Assembly: GCA_041309685.1 (NCBI GenBank)
Contig: JBFYZD010000202.1
Span: 1-30,199, forward strand
Direction: 5' to 3'
DNA: 30,199 nt
Origin: Gemmatimonadales bacterium
GTDB taxonomy: Bacteria; Gemmatimonadota; Gemmatimonadetes; Longimicrobiales; Gaopeijiaceae
Shown here in pieces: positions 1 to 10,341 of this stretch (positions within the stretch are counted from its first letter, which is position 1; each line of letters begins with the position of its first letter). The notes below the pieces were generated by a model that was not told the DNA's origin, did not search any database, and saw nothing but the letters and a program-made list of their open reading frames with translations. Both the position numbers and the translations under genes were made by a program.

Positions 1-7
1 TCGCGAC

Positions 8-2454
8 ATGAAGCACGCCCTCCGGCAGCTCGTCCGGTATCCGGGCTTCTCCCTGCTCCTGATCCTGACCATCGCCGTGGCCATCGGCGGCAACGTGGCC
101 ATCTTCTCGGCCCTGGAGGGGCCGTCCTCAGGCCCCTGCCCTATCCGGAGCCGGACCGGCTCGTCGCCGTGTGGGAGACCCCCGAGGGAGAGGGTTGGCG
201 CCAGCCCTTCACGGCCCCGGACTACTTCGACGTCCGGGAGCAGGCCGGCGCCCTGGAGGAGCTCGGTGTCGTGAACGGCACCGAGTTCAACCTCGCGGGC
301 TCGGGGGAACCGGCGCGGATCCGGGGGTCGCTGGTGACGGCCAGCGTGTTCCGGGCCCTGCGGGTGCCTCCCCTCCACGGCCGGGTGTTCACCGAGGAGG
401 AGGAGTACGAGGGGAGGGACCGCGTCGTCGTCCTCAGCCACGGCCTCTGGCAAAGCCAGTTCGCCGGGGACGCCGGCGTGCTGGGTCGGACCGTGAGCCT
501 GGACGGGGAGCCCTACGAGATCATCGGCGTCATGCCCGAGGGCTTTCGCTCGCCCACCCCCTTCGGGGGACGGGACCACGCCCGCCTCTGGGCGCCGCTC
601 GTCCTCGATCGGGACGGGACGGGGCGGGGGAGCCACTGGCTGGGAGCGCTGGGCCGCCTGGCCGAGGGAGCCACGGAGGAATCGCTGGACGGGGAGCTTA
701 CCGTCATCGCGAAGCGGCTCTCCGGGGCGTATCCCGATTCCAACGCCCGCACCCTCATGTTCGCGGAGCCCCTGATGGCCCGCACCCTGGGCGGGATCAC
801 CTCCACCCTGACCTACCTGCTGGTGATCGTGGGCCTCGTCCTCCTGATCGCCTGCGCCAACGTGGCCGGCATGCTCCTGGCGCGCGGCATGAGCCGGGCT
901 CCGGAGTTCGCCATCCGGGCGTCGGTGGGAGCGGGGCGGCGGGGCCTCCTGGGCCAGCTCATCACCGAGAGCCTCACGCTGGCCGTGCTGGGGGGAGCGG
1001 CCGGAGTGGTCCTCGCGTACTGGGGCGTGGAGGGTATCCGCGCCGTCATCCCCGAGAACGTTCCCAGGGGACAGCTCATCCAGGTGAACCTCAGGGTCCT
1101 GGGCTTCGCCTCCCTCATCACCCTGCTCACCGGGTTCCTGGTGGGAATCGCCCCCTCCATCTTCGCCTCCCGTACCAACCTCGCGGAGGTCATCAAGACC
1201 GGCCGGGCCTCCCGGGGCGGCGGCCAGAACCGGGTACTCTCGGGGATGGTGACGGCCCAGGTGGCCATCGGCTTCGTCCTGGTGAACGCGGCCCTCGTCC
1301 TGGCCGTCAGCTACGCGAACGTGATGACGCAGGCCAACAACTTCAGCACCGACCAGACACTGGTGGTGTCCCTTCCCCTGGCGGGCCCGGCGTACGAGGA
1401 GCGAAGCGCGAGGAAGGCCTTCTACGATGATCTGCTCGGCCGCGTCCGCTCCTTTCCGGGCGTGGAGTACGCCGGCGTCACCAGCAAACTCCCCCTGCGC
1501 GGGGGGTCCAACGGGGGCGTCCTGGTCCACGACGAGATCTACGACCCCGGGGTCCACAGCGGGCTGGTGGAGTACACCTTCGTGGGGGACGGCTACCACG
1601 AGGCGATGGGGATCCCGCTCCTGATGGGGAGGACGCTGGAGGCCAGGGACATCGAGGCGGCGGCGGACCTGGCCCGGACCCGGGCGGAGGGCGACAGTGT
1701 GGTCCTGGAACTCCCTCTCGTCATCAACCGGGCGATGGCGGAGCGCTACTGGCCCGACGCCGATCCCCTGGGCGAGGTCGTGCGCCCCAACGGCCGTGAA
1801 GCCTACTTCCGGGCTACCGTGGTGGGCGTGGTGGAGAACGTGCGACAGTGGAGCGCCGAGCGGGACGCGATCCCCGAGATGTTCTTCCCCTACACCGGTG
1901 AGGTGTGGGGGCTCTGGGACCAGATCCTCACCGTCCGCACGGTGGGTGACCCGGCGGCGCTGGCTCCGGCGATCCGGGAAGCCGTGGCCGAGCTCGACCC
2001 CACCCTTCCCATTCCCACCCCCTACACCATGGCCCGGGTCCTGGAGGAGAGCACGGCGGGCCGGCGCTTCTCCATGCTCCTGGTGGGCCTCTTCGCCCTG
2101 ACGGCGCTGGTCCTGATCGTCGCCGGCACCTACGGGGTTGTCTCCTACGCGGTGGGGCAGCGCACCCACGAGATCGGCGTGCGCATGACGCTGGGAGCGG
2201 ACCGCCGGGCGGTGTCGGCCCTCTTCCTCCGGCGCCTGGGGCTCCTGGTGCTCCCCGGGCTCCTGGTCGGGCTCCTGGCGGCCTGGGGGGCGTCGGCCCT
2301 CACCGGGTCCATGGTCTACGGGATCAGCCCCATGAGCCCGCTGCACATGGCGGCGGCGGGCGGGATGATGATCGCGGTGGCCCTGGCCGCCACCGCGGTG
2401 CCCGTCCGGCGCGCCGCCCGGGTGGATCCGCTGGAGGCGCTACGGGTGGACTGA
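8..2454 (+). CDS. ABC transporter permease, MacB/FtsX-like 'ADOP' family. N-terminus probably lies upstream of the window, and there is a frameshift near 118-121.
   Basis: Frame 2 (from ATG 8) reads MKHALRQLVRYPGFSLLLILTIAVAIGGNVAIFSALEG, the typical ADOP N-terminal TM helix. Frame 1 continues from 124 as VLRPLPYPEPDRLVAVWETPEGEG...; 'LRPLPYPEPDRLV' is the family hallmark. The run gagGGGGcc has 4 G where 5 would restore the frame. Across the C-terminal half the product shows a MacB periplasmic domain and an FtsX 4-TM domain. 'RDMKHALRQL' aligns to the usual '..DLRYALRxL', suggesting the true start is upstream of nt 1. Confidence 0.7.
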
Positions 2455-2524
2455 GGGGGACAGAGGGGGGAGGGCGAAGCGGTGCGGTCGGGCCACTCCC
2501 CTGGCAAGGCGGCCCCCCCCGGCC

Positions 2525-5011
2525 TCACTCCGCCATGAAGGCCTCCAGCGGGTCGGCGCGGGCGGTCTTCAGGGCGGGCACCAGGCAGGCCAGGAGCGCC
2601 GCCCCCGCAAGCAGGATAACCACGCCCCCGAGCGTGACCGGATCCGTCGGCGATACCCCGTAGAGAAAGCCCTGAAGGAGGCGGGCGAGCCCGATCGACA
2701 GGGCCAGCCCGATGGCAATTCCGGAGGCGGTGACGGAAAGCCCGCTGCGCAGCACGAGCCCGATGACCTCTCCCCGCCCGGCCCCCATGGCCATGCGGAT
2801 CCCCATCTCCTGCCGGCGTTGACCCACGCTGTAGAGCATGGACGCATAGATCCCGCTGGTGGCCAGGACGAGGGACACCAGGGCGAAGGTGGCCAGAAGT
2901 CCGGAGAGGAACCGCTGCCCGACCAGCGAGGCCTCCACGCGCTGGATCATGGGCACGATCTCCTCCACCGGCAGCTCGGGATCCACGGCTCGGACCGCCT
3001 CACGGATGGCGGGTGCGAGCGCGTCCAGGCCGGCCGAGGATCGTAGGAGGAGATGATGGAAATCGGAGAACGCGCCCCAGCGTCCGTAGGGCAGGTACAC
3101 TTCCGGCTCGATCCGCTCTTGGGCTCCCCAGTGCTGGACTCCCCGGACGACACCGACGATGGCGAACGTCCCCCAATCGGCCACGCGCAGGCTCCGTCCC
3201 AGGGGGTCGTCGGCACCGAAGAAGTACCGTGCCATGGGCTCGTTGACCACCACCACCCTTCCCTCCCCGTCCTCGTCGGCCTCCGTGAACTCCCGGCCCT
3301 GGGTGATCCGTGCCCCCAGGGTCTGGAAGTAGCCGGGGCTGACCGGGTGGACCCAGACCAGGGGAAGGGGCTCCCCCCCTCCTGTCCAGCCCTGGGCCTC
3401 GATCTCGTGGCGGATACAGCACCTGGCGGCGCCGGTGTGCTGAAAGGGGGCGGTGAGTCCGGCCGCGGCTCCCTCGGAACCGGGCAGGGTCGCCAGTCGT
3501 GCCGTGACCTCACGGGTGAACCGGCTCCGTCCCGCCGCGTCGTATCGGCCCCCCAGGTGCAGGGGAACGGTGACCAGGGACTCGGCGCGGAAGCCGGGAT
3601 CCATTCGAAGCGAGGCTACCAGGCTGCGGAAGAACAGGCCGGCGCCGCTGAGCAGGACCAGGGCGAGGGCGATCTCTGCCACCACGAGCCCGTTGCGGGT
3701 TCTCTTGCCGCGCTTGGCGGCCGAAGAGGCCATGCCTCCCTCCTTCAGCACCTCTGCCACGCCCCTGCGCGAGGCGTGGAGAGCCGGCATCATCCCGAAC
3801 ACGAGCCCGGTAGCCACCGAGACCACCAGGGCGGTGAGGAGGATGTCGGGGCTGGCCTCCAGTCCCTGGACCCGAGGGACGCTGAGCGGAATGAGTCGCC
3901 GGAAGAGCTGGATGCTCAGCAAGGCCAACCCGGCCCCCACGATCCCGCCGGGCAGGGCGAGGGCCAGGCTCTCGGTGAGGAGTTGCCGGAGGATGCGTGG
4001 CTGCCCCGCACCCAGCGCTCCCCGCAGCGCCATCTCCCGGACCCGGACGGTTCCCTGGGCCAGGAGCAGGTTGGCCACGTTGGCGCAGGCGATGAGGAGC
4101 AGAAGGATCACCGCCCAGGTGAGCAGGAGCAGCGGCCCGGCCACGTCCCGGGCGGTGGCGAATTGAAGGGGGATGAGACGGGTGGTCCTGACCGAGCCAT
4201 CGGGCCTGAGCATCAGGTCGGGCAGCTCCTCGGCCAGGTGGGGGTTGAAGGCGTCCATCTCCTCCTGGGCGGCCCGTCTTCCTACGCCCTGCCTGAGCCG
4301 TCCGGCCACACTGAGGATGCCCCAGGTGGCGATCTCCTCGGCATCGGCTTCCAGGGGGAGCCAGAGGTCCACGCTCTCGCCGGTAATGGCGGCCGGAGGT
4401 TCGAACCCTGGGCCCAGGATCCCCGCCACCACCACCGGCCGCCCGTCCACCTGCACGGTCCTTCCCAGCACGTCTTCATCCCCACCCCACTGGCGCTGCC
4501 AGAAGCCATACCCGAGAAGTCCCACCGAGGCATTCCCCCGGTAGTCGTCGGGGAGGAGGAGTCTTCCCAGGTGGGGTCGGGCTCCCAGGGTGGAGAGCAG
4601 GTGGGGAGTGATCCGGGAGACTCGCAACCGCTGGGGCGCGCCGGAGCCCGTCAGGTTATGGGAGACGTTCCAGGCCGCCTCCACGCTCTCGAAGGAGCGG
4701 AGCCCGTCTCGCCAGCGCGTGAAAACCAGGGGCCGGGTTCCGGCGAACCCGCCGAAGTGGACGAGCTCCTGCGGTTCGGGGTAGGGGAGCGGGCGGAGCA
4801 TTACCGCCTCCACCACACTGAAGATCGTGGTGGCGGCGCCGATGCCGACCCCCAGGATCAGGATTGCCGCCAGGGCGAAGCCCGGCCGCCTGAGGAAGGT
4901 GCGCCCCGCGAAGCGGAGATCCTGCCTGAGGACGTCCAGTTCATCGAGAGCACGGCGCCGGTCTGGACGCGCGAATCCGGGCTGGAGAGCCCGCCTGCTT
5001 CCTGCCATCAT
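2525..5011 (-). CDS. ABC transporter permease, MacB/FtsX-like ADOP family (828 aa)
   Basis: N-terminus MMAGSRRALQPGFARPDRRRALDELDVLRQDLRFAGRTFLRRPGFALAAILILGVGIGAATTIFSVVEAVMLRPLPYPEPQELV. RBS GGGAGG lies 5 nt upstream of ATG 5011. The ORF track's longer 959-aa start has no RBS and an Arg/Pro-rich, non-protein-like N-terminus. Convergent with permease 1, with a 70-nt gap. Confidence 0.8.
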   Translation of the reverse strand: MMAGSRRALQPGFARPDRRRALDELDVLRQDLRFAGRTFLRRPGFALAAILILGVGIGAATTIFSVVEAVMLRPLPYPEPQELVHFGGFAGTRPLVFTRWRDGLRSFESVEAAWNVSHNLTGSGAPQRLRVSRITPHLLSTLGARPHLGRLLLPDDYRGNASVGLLGYGFWQRQWGGDEDVLGRTVQVDGRPVVVAGILGPGFEPPAAITGESVDLWLPLEADAEEIATWGILSVAGRLRQGVGRRAAQEEMDAFNPHLAEELPDLMLRPDGSVRTTRLIPLQFATARDVAGPLLLLTWAVILLLLIACANVANLLLAQGTVRVREMALRGALGAGQPRILRQLLTESLALALPGGIVGAGLALLSIQLFRRLIPLSVPRVQGLEASPDILLTALVVSVATGLVFGMMPALHASRRGVAEVLKEGGMASSAAKRGKRTRNGLVVAEIALALVLLSGAGLFFRSLVASLRMDPGFRAESLVTVPLHLGGRYDAAGRSRFTREVTARLATLPGSEGAAAGLTAPFQHTGAARCCIRHEIEAQGWTGGGEPLPLVWVHPVSPGYFQTLGARITQGREFTEADEDGEGRVVVVNEPMARYFFGADDPLGRSLRVADWGTFAIVGVVRGVQHWGAQERIEPEVYLPYGRWGAFSDFHHLLLRSSAGLDALAPAIREAVRAVDPELPVEEIVPMIQRVEASLVGQRFLSGLLATFALVSLVLATSGIYASMLYSVGQRRQEMGIRMAMGAGRGEVIGLVLRSGLSVTASGIAIGLALSIGLARLLQGFLYGVSPTDPVTLGGVVILLAGAALLACLVPALKTARADPLEAFMAE

Positions 5012-5116
5012 GGATCCTCCCTTCGCCGGCCGGGGATTCCCGGGAGCGGAAGGGCACCGACGTTCCCATTCCATACGGGGCAGGGCGAGGGGTCCTTCAG
5101 TCTCTCGACCCGTCGT

Positions 5117-5146
5117 TTGCCGCCGTCGGGGCCCCGGCCGTAGAAT
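5117..5146 (+). promoter_or_regulatory. Candidate sigma70-like promoter for vgrG: TTGCCG, 18-nt spacer, TAGAAT
   Basis: It is the only TATAAT-like hexamer (TAGAAT, 5141-5146) in the 190-nt divergent intergenic region. A TTGCCG sits 18 nt upstream. It lies about 55 nt before the vgrG ATG at 5202. Confidence 0.2.
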
Positions 5147-5201
5147 ACTCCCACCTTCCCTCCGGGGCTTTCGTTTTCGGCTTTCTGACAAGGGTAGACC
5201 C

Positions 5202-7784
5202 ATGCCGTCCCCGAATCCGGACCGGTTGGCCGTCGTCCACAGCCACCTCGGCCCCGACGCGCTCCTGCTCGCCGAACTCAACGGCACCGAAGGCCTTTCC
5301 AGGCTCTTCTCCTTCGAGTTGAGCCTCCTGTCGGAACGACGGGACATCGCCTTTTCCGACGTCGTGGGGAAGGGCCTCACGGTCGCCATCGAGGTGGCGG
5401 GCAAGGAACACCGCTACCTCCACGGCATCGTCTCGAGCTTCTCCCAGAAATGGATCGCCGAAGCCGACGGAAGCGGGTTCGACCTTTCCCTCTACACGGC
5501 CCGGTTGGTGCCCCGTCTCTGGCTCCTGACCCGCTCCCGGGCCTCCAGGATCTTCCAGGACCTCTCCGTACCGGAGATCGCCCAGCAGATCCTGGGGGAA
5601 AGGGAGATCGGGGACGTCCGGTTCGACCTGGAATCCGCACGGTACCCCAAGAGAGAGTACTGCGTCCAGTACCGGGAGACGGAGTACGAATTCCTCGCCC
5701 GCCTCCTGGAGGACGAAGGCCTTTACTACTACTTCGAGCATGAGGAAGGGAAGCACACCTGGGTTCTGGCCGACGGGTCGTTCGCGCACAAAGCCTGTCC
5801 CGTGCTGGGCTCGGCCCGCTACCGGGCCGGCGCCGGGGACCTGCGGGAGGGGGCCGTCATCACCGACCTGGTCATGGGCCAGCAGATCAGGAGCGACCGG
5901 TTCGTGCTCAAGGACTTCGACTTCCAGCAGCCCGAGCTGGACCTGAGCGTGACCGTCGATGGCCGAGCGCCCGGCCCCACCGTGCCGGGAGGCCGTGAGA
6001 TCTACGACTACCCCGGGACGCACCTCACGCTGGAACGGGGTGACCACCTCTCCACCGTGCGCATGGAAGAGGAGGACGCGCAGGTCACCACCCTCAGCGG
6101 CACGAGCCTTTCCGGCGCCTTCTCCAGCGGGTTCCTGTTCACTCTGGAGAGCCACGGCCGGGCGGAGCTGGACGGCAAGCAGTTCCTGCTGACCTCCATC
6201 GAACACCGCCTCCGGCAGCCGGGGCTTCCCACCCAGTGGGCCTCCCCGGGCGCCGAGGCGGACCCCGACACGCCCCGCTACCGGAACCGCTTCCAGTGCA
6301 TCCCGTCCGGGACGCCCTTCCGCCCCCAGCGGGTTACCCCCAAGCCCACCGTGCAGGGCCCCCAGACGGCCATCGTGGTCGGACCCAAGGGCACGGACAT
6401 CTACACCGACAAGTTCGGGCGGGTGAAGGTCCAGTTCCACTGGGACCGGGAGGGCAGGGGGAATGAGGGTAGCTCCTGCTGGGTCCGGGTGAGCCAGGTA
6501 TGGGCAGGGCATGGATGGGGGGGGATGCACATCCCCCACGTGGGGCACGAGGTGATCGTGAACTTCCTCGAGGGCGACCCCGACCGGCCTCTGATCACGG
6601 GACGCGTCTACCATGCCGGGAACCCTCTGCCCGAGACCCTGCCCGACAACCAGCGCAAGAGCATCCTGCGGGACGACTACGGAAACGAGCTCATCTTCGA
6701 CGCCAGCCCCGGCGACGAGCACATCCGCCTGCACAGTCCCCATCACAACTCGACTCTCACGCTGGGCCGGAGCTTCGGCGGCTTCTGTGCGGATGACCAT
6801 TTCGAGGCCCAGGGCGGCAACATGGTGGAGCTCGGGATGGGCAATAAGTACGAGGCCTTCCTGGGCGCCGCCCTCGCCCTCGCCGCCGGGATGTCCACCG
6901 AGGCTTCGATCGGGCTGGCCCACGAGTTCAGGGCCGGGGGGAAGTTCGACTTCCTGTTCGGGGTGAATGCGGGCATCCACATCGGGCCGGAGTTCAAGTA
7001 TCACAAGGGCCCGACGGTGCAGAACAGCGACTCGACCATCGCCAGCGTCTCGAAGCAGCACAACATCCTCAGCGCCAGGGAGAAGGTGAACCTGATCGGA
7101 GGTGCCGGCACGGCATCCCCGGCCACCTCCATCATCGAGGCCGACGCGAAGCGGGTTTCCATGTCCATCGGGGAGAACAAGGACCCCGACGCGAACGCCA
7201 TCACCGAGGCGGAGAAGTTCCTGGCCGTTCTCATTCCCGGGATCGTCGGGGGGCTCTCCCTCGTCCTCATGGGGGCATCCACGGGATTCGCCGAAGCCGA
7301 GGACGTCGCCACGAAGGCCGCGGGGCTCACGGTGGTGACCACGCTGGAAGCGGCCCTGATCCTGGCCGAGCTGATCGGGTATGCGGTTCTCTGGAAGCAT
7401 TTCGAGGACAAGGTGGCCCCGGTCAGTCATCGCGATGATCCCCGGGACAAGGTCAATGCCGTGGTCACCCTGGAGGAGAAGGGGTGGGTGGACGTCTTCG
7501 GGACGAAGAGGGTCACGGTGGGGGTGGAGGGGGACATCCTGGCCCGGCTGGGAAAGGGGGGGAGGCCTCCGGTTCCGCCCAAGGGGCCCCAGCTCGAGAT
7601 CAAAGGGGAATCGATCTCGATGAGCGGGTCGGGGACGGCTCCCGGACGGTCCGCCCTTTACGTGGACAACACCGGGATCTGGGCCACCACCCAGAAGAAG
7701 TTCGACGTATTCGCGGACGGCCGCATCAGCTTCAAGTGCAGTGACTTCACCGTGAATGGGAAGAACCTGCAGGTCCTCCCGTAG
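5202..7784 (+). CDS. vgrG: Type VI secretion spike protein VgrG (TssI), 860 aa
   Basis: N-terminus ...LLLAELNGTEGLSRLFSFELSLLSERRDIAFSDVVGKGLTVAIE...EDEGLYYYFEHEEGKHTWVLADG matches the VgrG/gp27 signature ('LSELFxFEL', 'EDEGIFYYFEH'). A gp5-like OB-fold and C-terminal beta-helix region follows (…GRVYHAGNPLPETLPDNQ…). ATG at 5202 is preceded by aGGGtag. Confidence 0.9.
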   Translation: MPSPNPDRLAVVHSHLGPDALLLAELNGTEGLSRLFSFELSLLSERRDIAFSDVVGKGLTVAIEVAGKEHRYLHGIVSSFSQKWIAEADGSGFDLSLYTARLVPRLWLLTRSRASRIFQDLSVPEIAQQILGEREIGDVRFDLESARYPKREYCVQYRETEYEFLARLLEDEGLYYYFEHEEGKHTWVLADGSFAHKACPVLGSARYRAGAGDLREGAVITDLVMGQQIRSDRFVLKDFDFQQPELDLSVTVDGRAPGPTVPGGREIYDYPGTHLTLERGDHLSTVRMEEEDAQVTTLSGTSLSGAFSSGFLFTLESHGRAELDGKQFLLTSIEHRLRQPGLPTQWASPGAEADPDTPRYRNRFQCIPSGTPFRPQRVTPKPTVQGPQTAIVVGPKGTDIYTDKFGRVKVQFHWDREGRGNEGSSCWVRVSQVWAGHGWGGMHIPHVGHEVIVNFLEGDPDRPLITGRVYHAGNPLPETLPDNQRKSILRDDYGNELIFDASPGDEHIRLHSPHHNSTLTLGRSFGGFCADDHFEAQGGNMVELGMGNKYEAFLGAALALAAGMSTEASIGLAHEFRAGGKFDFLFGVNAGIHIGPEFKYHKGPTVQNSDSTIASVSKQHNILSAREKVNLIGGAGTASPATSIIEADAKRVSMSIGENKDPDANAITEAEKFLAVLIPGIVGGLSLVLMGASTGFAEAEDVATKAAGLTVVTTLEAALILAELIGYAVLWKHFEDKVAPVSHRDDPRDKVNAVVTLEEKGWVDVFGTKRVTVGVEGDILARLGKGGRPPVPPKGPQLEIKGESISMSGSGTAPGRSALYVDNTGIWATTQKKFDVFADGRISFKCSDFTVNGKNLQVLP

Positions 7785-7815
7785 GCACTCCACCCGGCCC
7801 CTGCGAGGAGAATCC

Positions 7816-10332
7816 ATGAAGGTCGTCAACCGCACCCCGTTCCAGTTCGCCCCCTTCGCCGGGAGGCTCACCTTCCCCGGGGCCACGCTCACGCTCATCG
7901 TGAAGGGAACCTTCGACCTCGCCAACGGGGGCACGGCCACGCCGGCCGAGGAGCAGCAGCACGTCACCGGCGACCTCTTCCATCCTGACGACCCGGACAT
8001 GGCGGGCAGCTGCCGGTACGAGAGCGACTTCGCCTATTTCAAGCCTCGGGCGGACCTCCTGCTGGCGGGGTCCTGCCACACCCCCGGAGGCCGACCCGCC
8101 CAGGAATGCATGGTCACCTTCCAGGTGGGAGACCGGTCCCGCAGGCTGCTCGTCTCGGGGGACCGGTTCTGGGTGGGACCCCCGGGCCTGCGCACCATCT
8201 CCGATCCCGAGCCTTTCACCCGGATGGAGCTCCGTTTCGAGAACAGCTACGGGGGCAACGGCTTCCAGGCCAACCCCGTGGGCAAGGGCTACCGGAGCCA
8301 GGCCCGGGCCCTGCCGAACATCGAGGACCCGGACAGGCTCATCGACTCCCCGGGGAGCCGGTCCGGGCCCTCCGGCTTCGGCCCCCTGGGAAGGACGTGG
8401 GAGGAGCGGGCCGCCATGCTGGGCACGTACAAGGGCCGCTGGGCGGAGGAGCGCTGGCCCTGGTTCCCCGAGGACTTCGACTACGCCCATTTCAACGCCG
8501 CCCCCCGGTCGATGCAGGTGGAGGGATACCTGCGGGGGGACGAGAACCTCCACTTCGAGAACCTCCACCCCGAGCATGCCCGCTACTCGGCCCGCCTCCC
8601 CGGCTTGAGGGTACGCTGCTTCCTCCATGACCGGGTGACCGACCAGGAGGAGGAGACCCGGTTTCGCGAGGTTCCCCTGGGGCTCGACACCCTCTGGGCC
8701 GACATGGATGCGGAGAAGCTGGTCCTGGTCTGGCGCGGCTGGACGGAGGTCCGGTCGGACGATTTCGAGGAAGTCCAGCACGTCTTCCTCATGGCCGAGT
8801 CCGTGCACACCCCCCCCACCTCCATCGAGCTCTGCCACGAGCTCTTCCTTGCCACCCTGGCCCAGGCCCAGCCGAGGGTGGAGGAGACCCCCGAGCCCCC
8901 AGCGGAGGAGCCGATCCCGGAGTCGGGGCCCGCCCCGTCCGATCTCCCGGCCGGAAGCGCGGGTCTCCGGAAGGAGGTGGAGGCGCAGGTGGACGCCCTC
9001 CTTGCCAGGGCGGGCATCCGTCTGGACACGCTCCCGCCCCAGGCTCGCGAGACAGCCCGGATGGAGAGGAACCGCATCCTGGACGCGGTGACGGATGCCG
9101 ACCCGGCTCGGGCCAGGGCCCGGGAGATGGAAGCGGCACGGCTCCGGATGTCGGAGGCCCTCGCCCGGGTGGGGATCGACCCGAATCATCTCCCCCCCGT
9201 GAGCGAGGCGGCCGCCCGCGAGCAGGCCCGGCTGCTCCGGGAGATGGGCGTGGAGGACGTGGATCGCGTCTTCCGGAATCCCACCGTGGCCGGCTTCCTT
9301 TCCATCATGGCCGCCCTCCTCCCCAAGGTCGGCATCGATCCGGAAGACCTCACGCCTCTGATCGCCCAGGCGAAGAAGCACAGGGCGCAGACGGAGCCGC
9401 CCGGCGGGGAGGCGGAAGGCCCGGCCGAAGCGCCCCCGGAGGGAGAAGGCCCCCGCCCCTGGACCCGGGAGAGAGTCGCGGAGAGGGCGGCCCGGGGTGG
9501 GTCCTTCGCCGGAGAGGATCTACGGGAGCTCGACCTCTCGCATCTGGAGCTGAAGGGGATCGACTTCTCGGGAGCCGACCTGAGCGGCGCCGTTCTCGCT
9601 GAGGCCGATCTGACGACCGCTCGTCTGAGCCAGGCCTGCCTGGCCGGCGCCGACCTGACCCGGGCGAAGCTGCCGGGGGCGGTGCTCACCGGCGCGAAGC
9701 TGGCCAATGCCGTCTTCGTGGACGCCGAGATGGCCGGGGCCGTTCTGGACAGGGTCCAGGCCGCCGGGGCCCTTTTCGTCGCGGCCGATCTGGCCGGGGC
9801 CCGGCTCACCGACAGCGACTTCCCCGGAGCCGACTTCTCGCGGGGCACGCTGAGCGGGACCGATTTCAGCGCCTCAAACCTGACCGACGCCTTCATCGAG
9901 GGCGCCGTCTGCGCCGACGCCACCTTCGAGGAGGCCGACCTGACGCGGTTGCGGGCCTCGGAGGGGACCGACTTCTCCGGGAGCTCCTTCGTGAAGTCGT
10001 GGGGCCCGGAGTCCATCTGGGGGAAGGCCAACCTGGCCGGAGCCGACTTCTCCTTCGCCCGGATGGAGGGCGCCAGCTTCATGGGCGCGATCCTGAAGAA
10101 CGCCGATCTCCATGCTGCGGACATGAAGCGCGCCCGCTTCATCAAGGCCGACCTGGAAGGGGCCAGGCTCGTGGAGATGAACCTCTTCGAGGGGAGCATG
10201 GAGAAGGCGAACCTCACCGAGGCGGACCTGACCGGATCGAACATGTACGGGGTGGAGTTCCACGGCGCCGTCCTCTCCGGGGCGACACTCACGGGAACGA
10301 ACCTCCGCATGACCACCCTGCAGAAGGTGTGA
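7816..10332 (+). CDS. DUF2169-domain protein (T6SS effector adaptor family) fused to C-terminal pentapeptide repeats, 838 aa
   Basis: RBS GAGGAG lies 6 nt before ATG 7816 (MKVVNRTPFQFAPF…TLIVKGTFDL). The N-terminal ~350 aa resemble the DUF2169 proteins usually encoded directly 3' of vgrG. An Ala/Arg/Glu-rich helical linker follows, with three ~30-aa repeats ('(A/V)GI(R/D)xxxLxP…'). The C-terminal ~300 aa are perfect A(D/N)LxG pentapeptide repeats (ADLSG AVLAE ADLTT ARLSQ ACLAG ADLTR …). Confidence 0.75.
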   Translation: MKVVNRTPFQFAPFAGRLTFPGATLTLIVKGTFDLANGGTATPAEEQQHVTGDLFHPDDPDMAGSCRYESDFAYFKPRADLLLAGSCHTPGGRPAQECMVTFQVGDRSRRLLVSGDRFWVGPPGLRTISDPEPFTRMELRFENSYGGNGFQANPVGKGYRSQARALPNIEDPDRLIDSPGSRSGPSGFGPLGRTWEERAAMLGTYKGRWAEERWPWFPEDFDYAHFNAAPRSMQVEGYLRGDENLHFENLHPEHARYSARLPGLRVRCFLHDRVTDQEEETRFREVPLGLDTLWADMDAEKLVLVWRGWTEVRSDDFEEVQHVFLMAESVHTPPTSIELCHELFLATLAQAQPRVEETPEPPAEEPIPESGPAPSDLPAGSAGLRKEVEAQVDALLARAGIRLDTLPPQARETARMERNRILDAVTDADPARARAREMEAARLRMSEALARVGIDPNHLPPVSEAAAREQARLLREMGVEDVDRVFRNPTVAGFLSIMAALLPKVGIDPEDLTPLIAQAKKHRAQTEPPGGEAEGPAEAPPEGEGPRPWTRERVAERAARGGSFAGEDLRELDLSHLELKGIDFSGADLSGAVLAEADLTTARLSQACLAGADLTRAKLPGAVLTGAKLANAVFVDAEMAGAVLDRVQAAGALFVAADLAGARLTDSDFPGADFSRGTLSGTDFSASNLTDAFIEGAVCADATFEEADLTRLRASEGTDFSGSSFVKSWGPESIWGKANLAGADFSFARMEGASFMGAILKNADLHAADMKRARFIKADLEGARLVEMNLFEGSMEKANLTEADLTGSNMYGVEFHGAVLSGATLTGTNLRMTTLQKV

Positions 10333-10341
10333 AGGCGCGCC

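Noticed and set aside
171-1430. 419-aa alternative plus frame at the window start
   Set aside because: It is out of frame with the ADOP permease and its composition is Arg/Gly/Pro-rich.
2455-2524. G-rich 70-nt spacer between the convergent ADOP genes (GGGGGACAGAGGGGGGAGGG … GGCGGCCCCCCCC) as a possible bidirectional terminator or G-quadruplex
   Set aside because: I could not find a convincing stem and there is no U-tract. G-runs are common in a 70% GC genome, so this may be just a spacer.
3053-5143. 696-aa plus-strand ORF
   Set aside because: It is entirely antisense to the well-supported ADOP permease 2. Its Gly/Pro/Arg-rich composition is typical of GC-rich antisense frames. It has no RBS.
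5097-8000. 967-aa minus-strand ORF spanning the whole vgrG gene
   Set aside because: It is antisense to a gene with an unambiguous VgrG signature. Its composition is low-complexity (Gly/Pro/Arg/Val). It is an artefact of ~70% GC suppressing stop codons.
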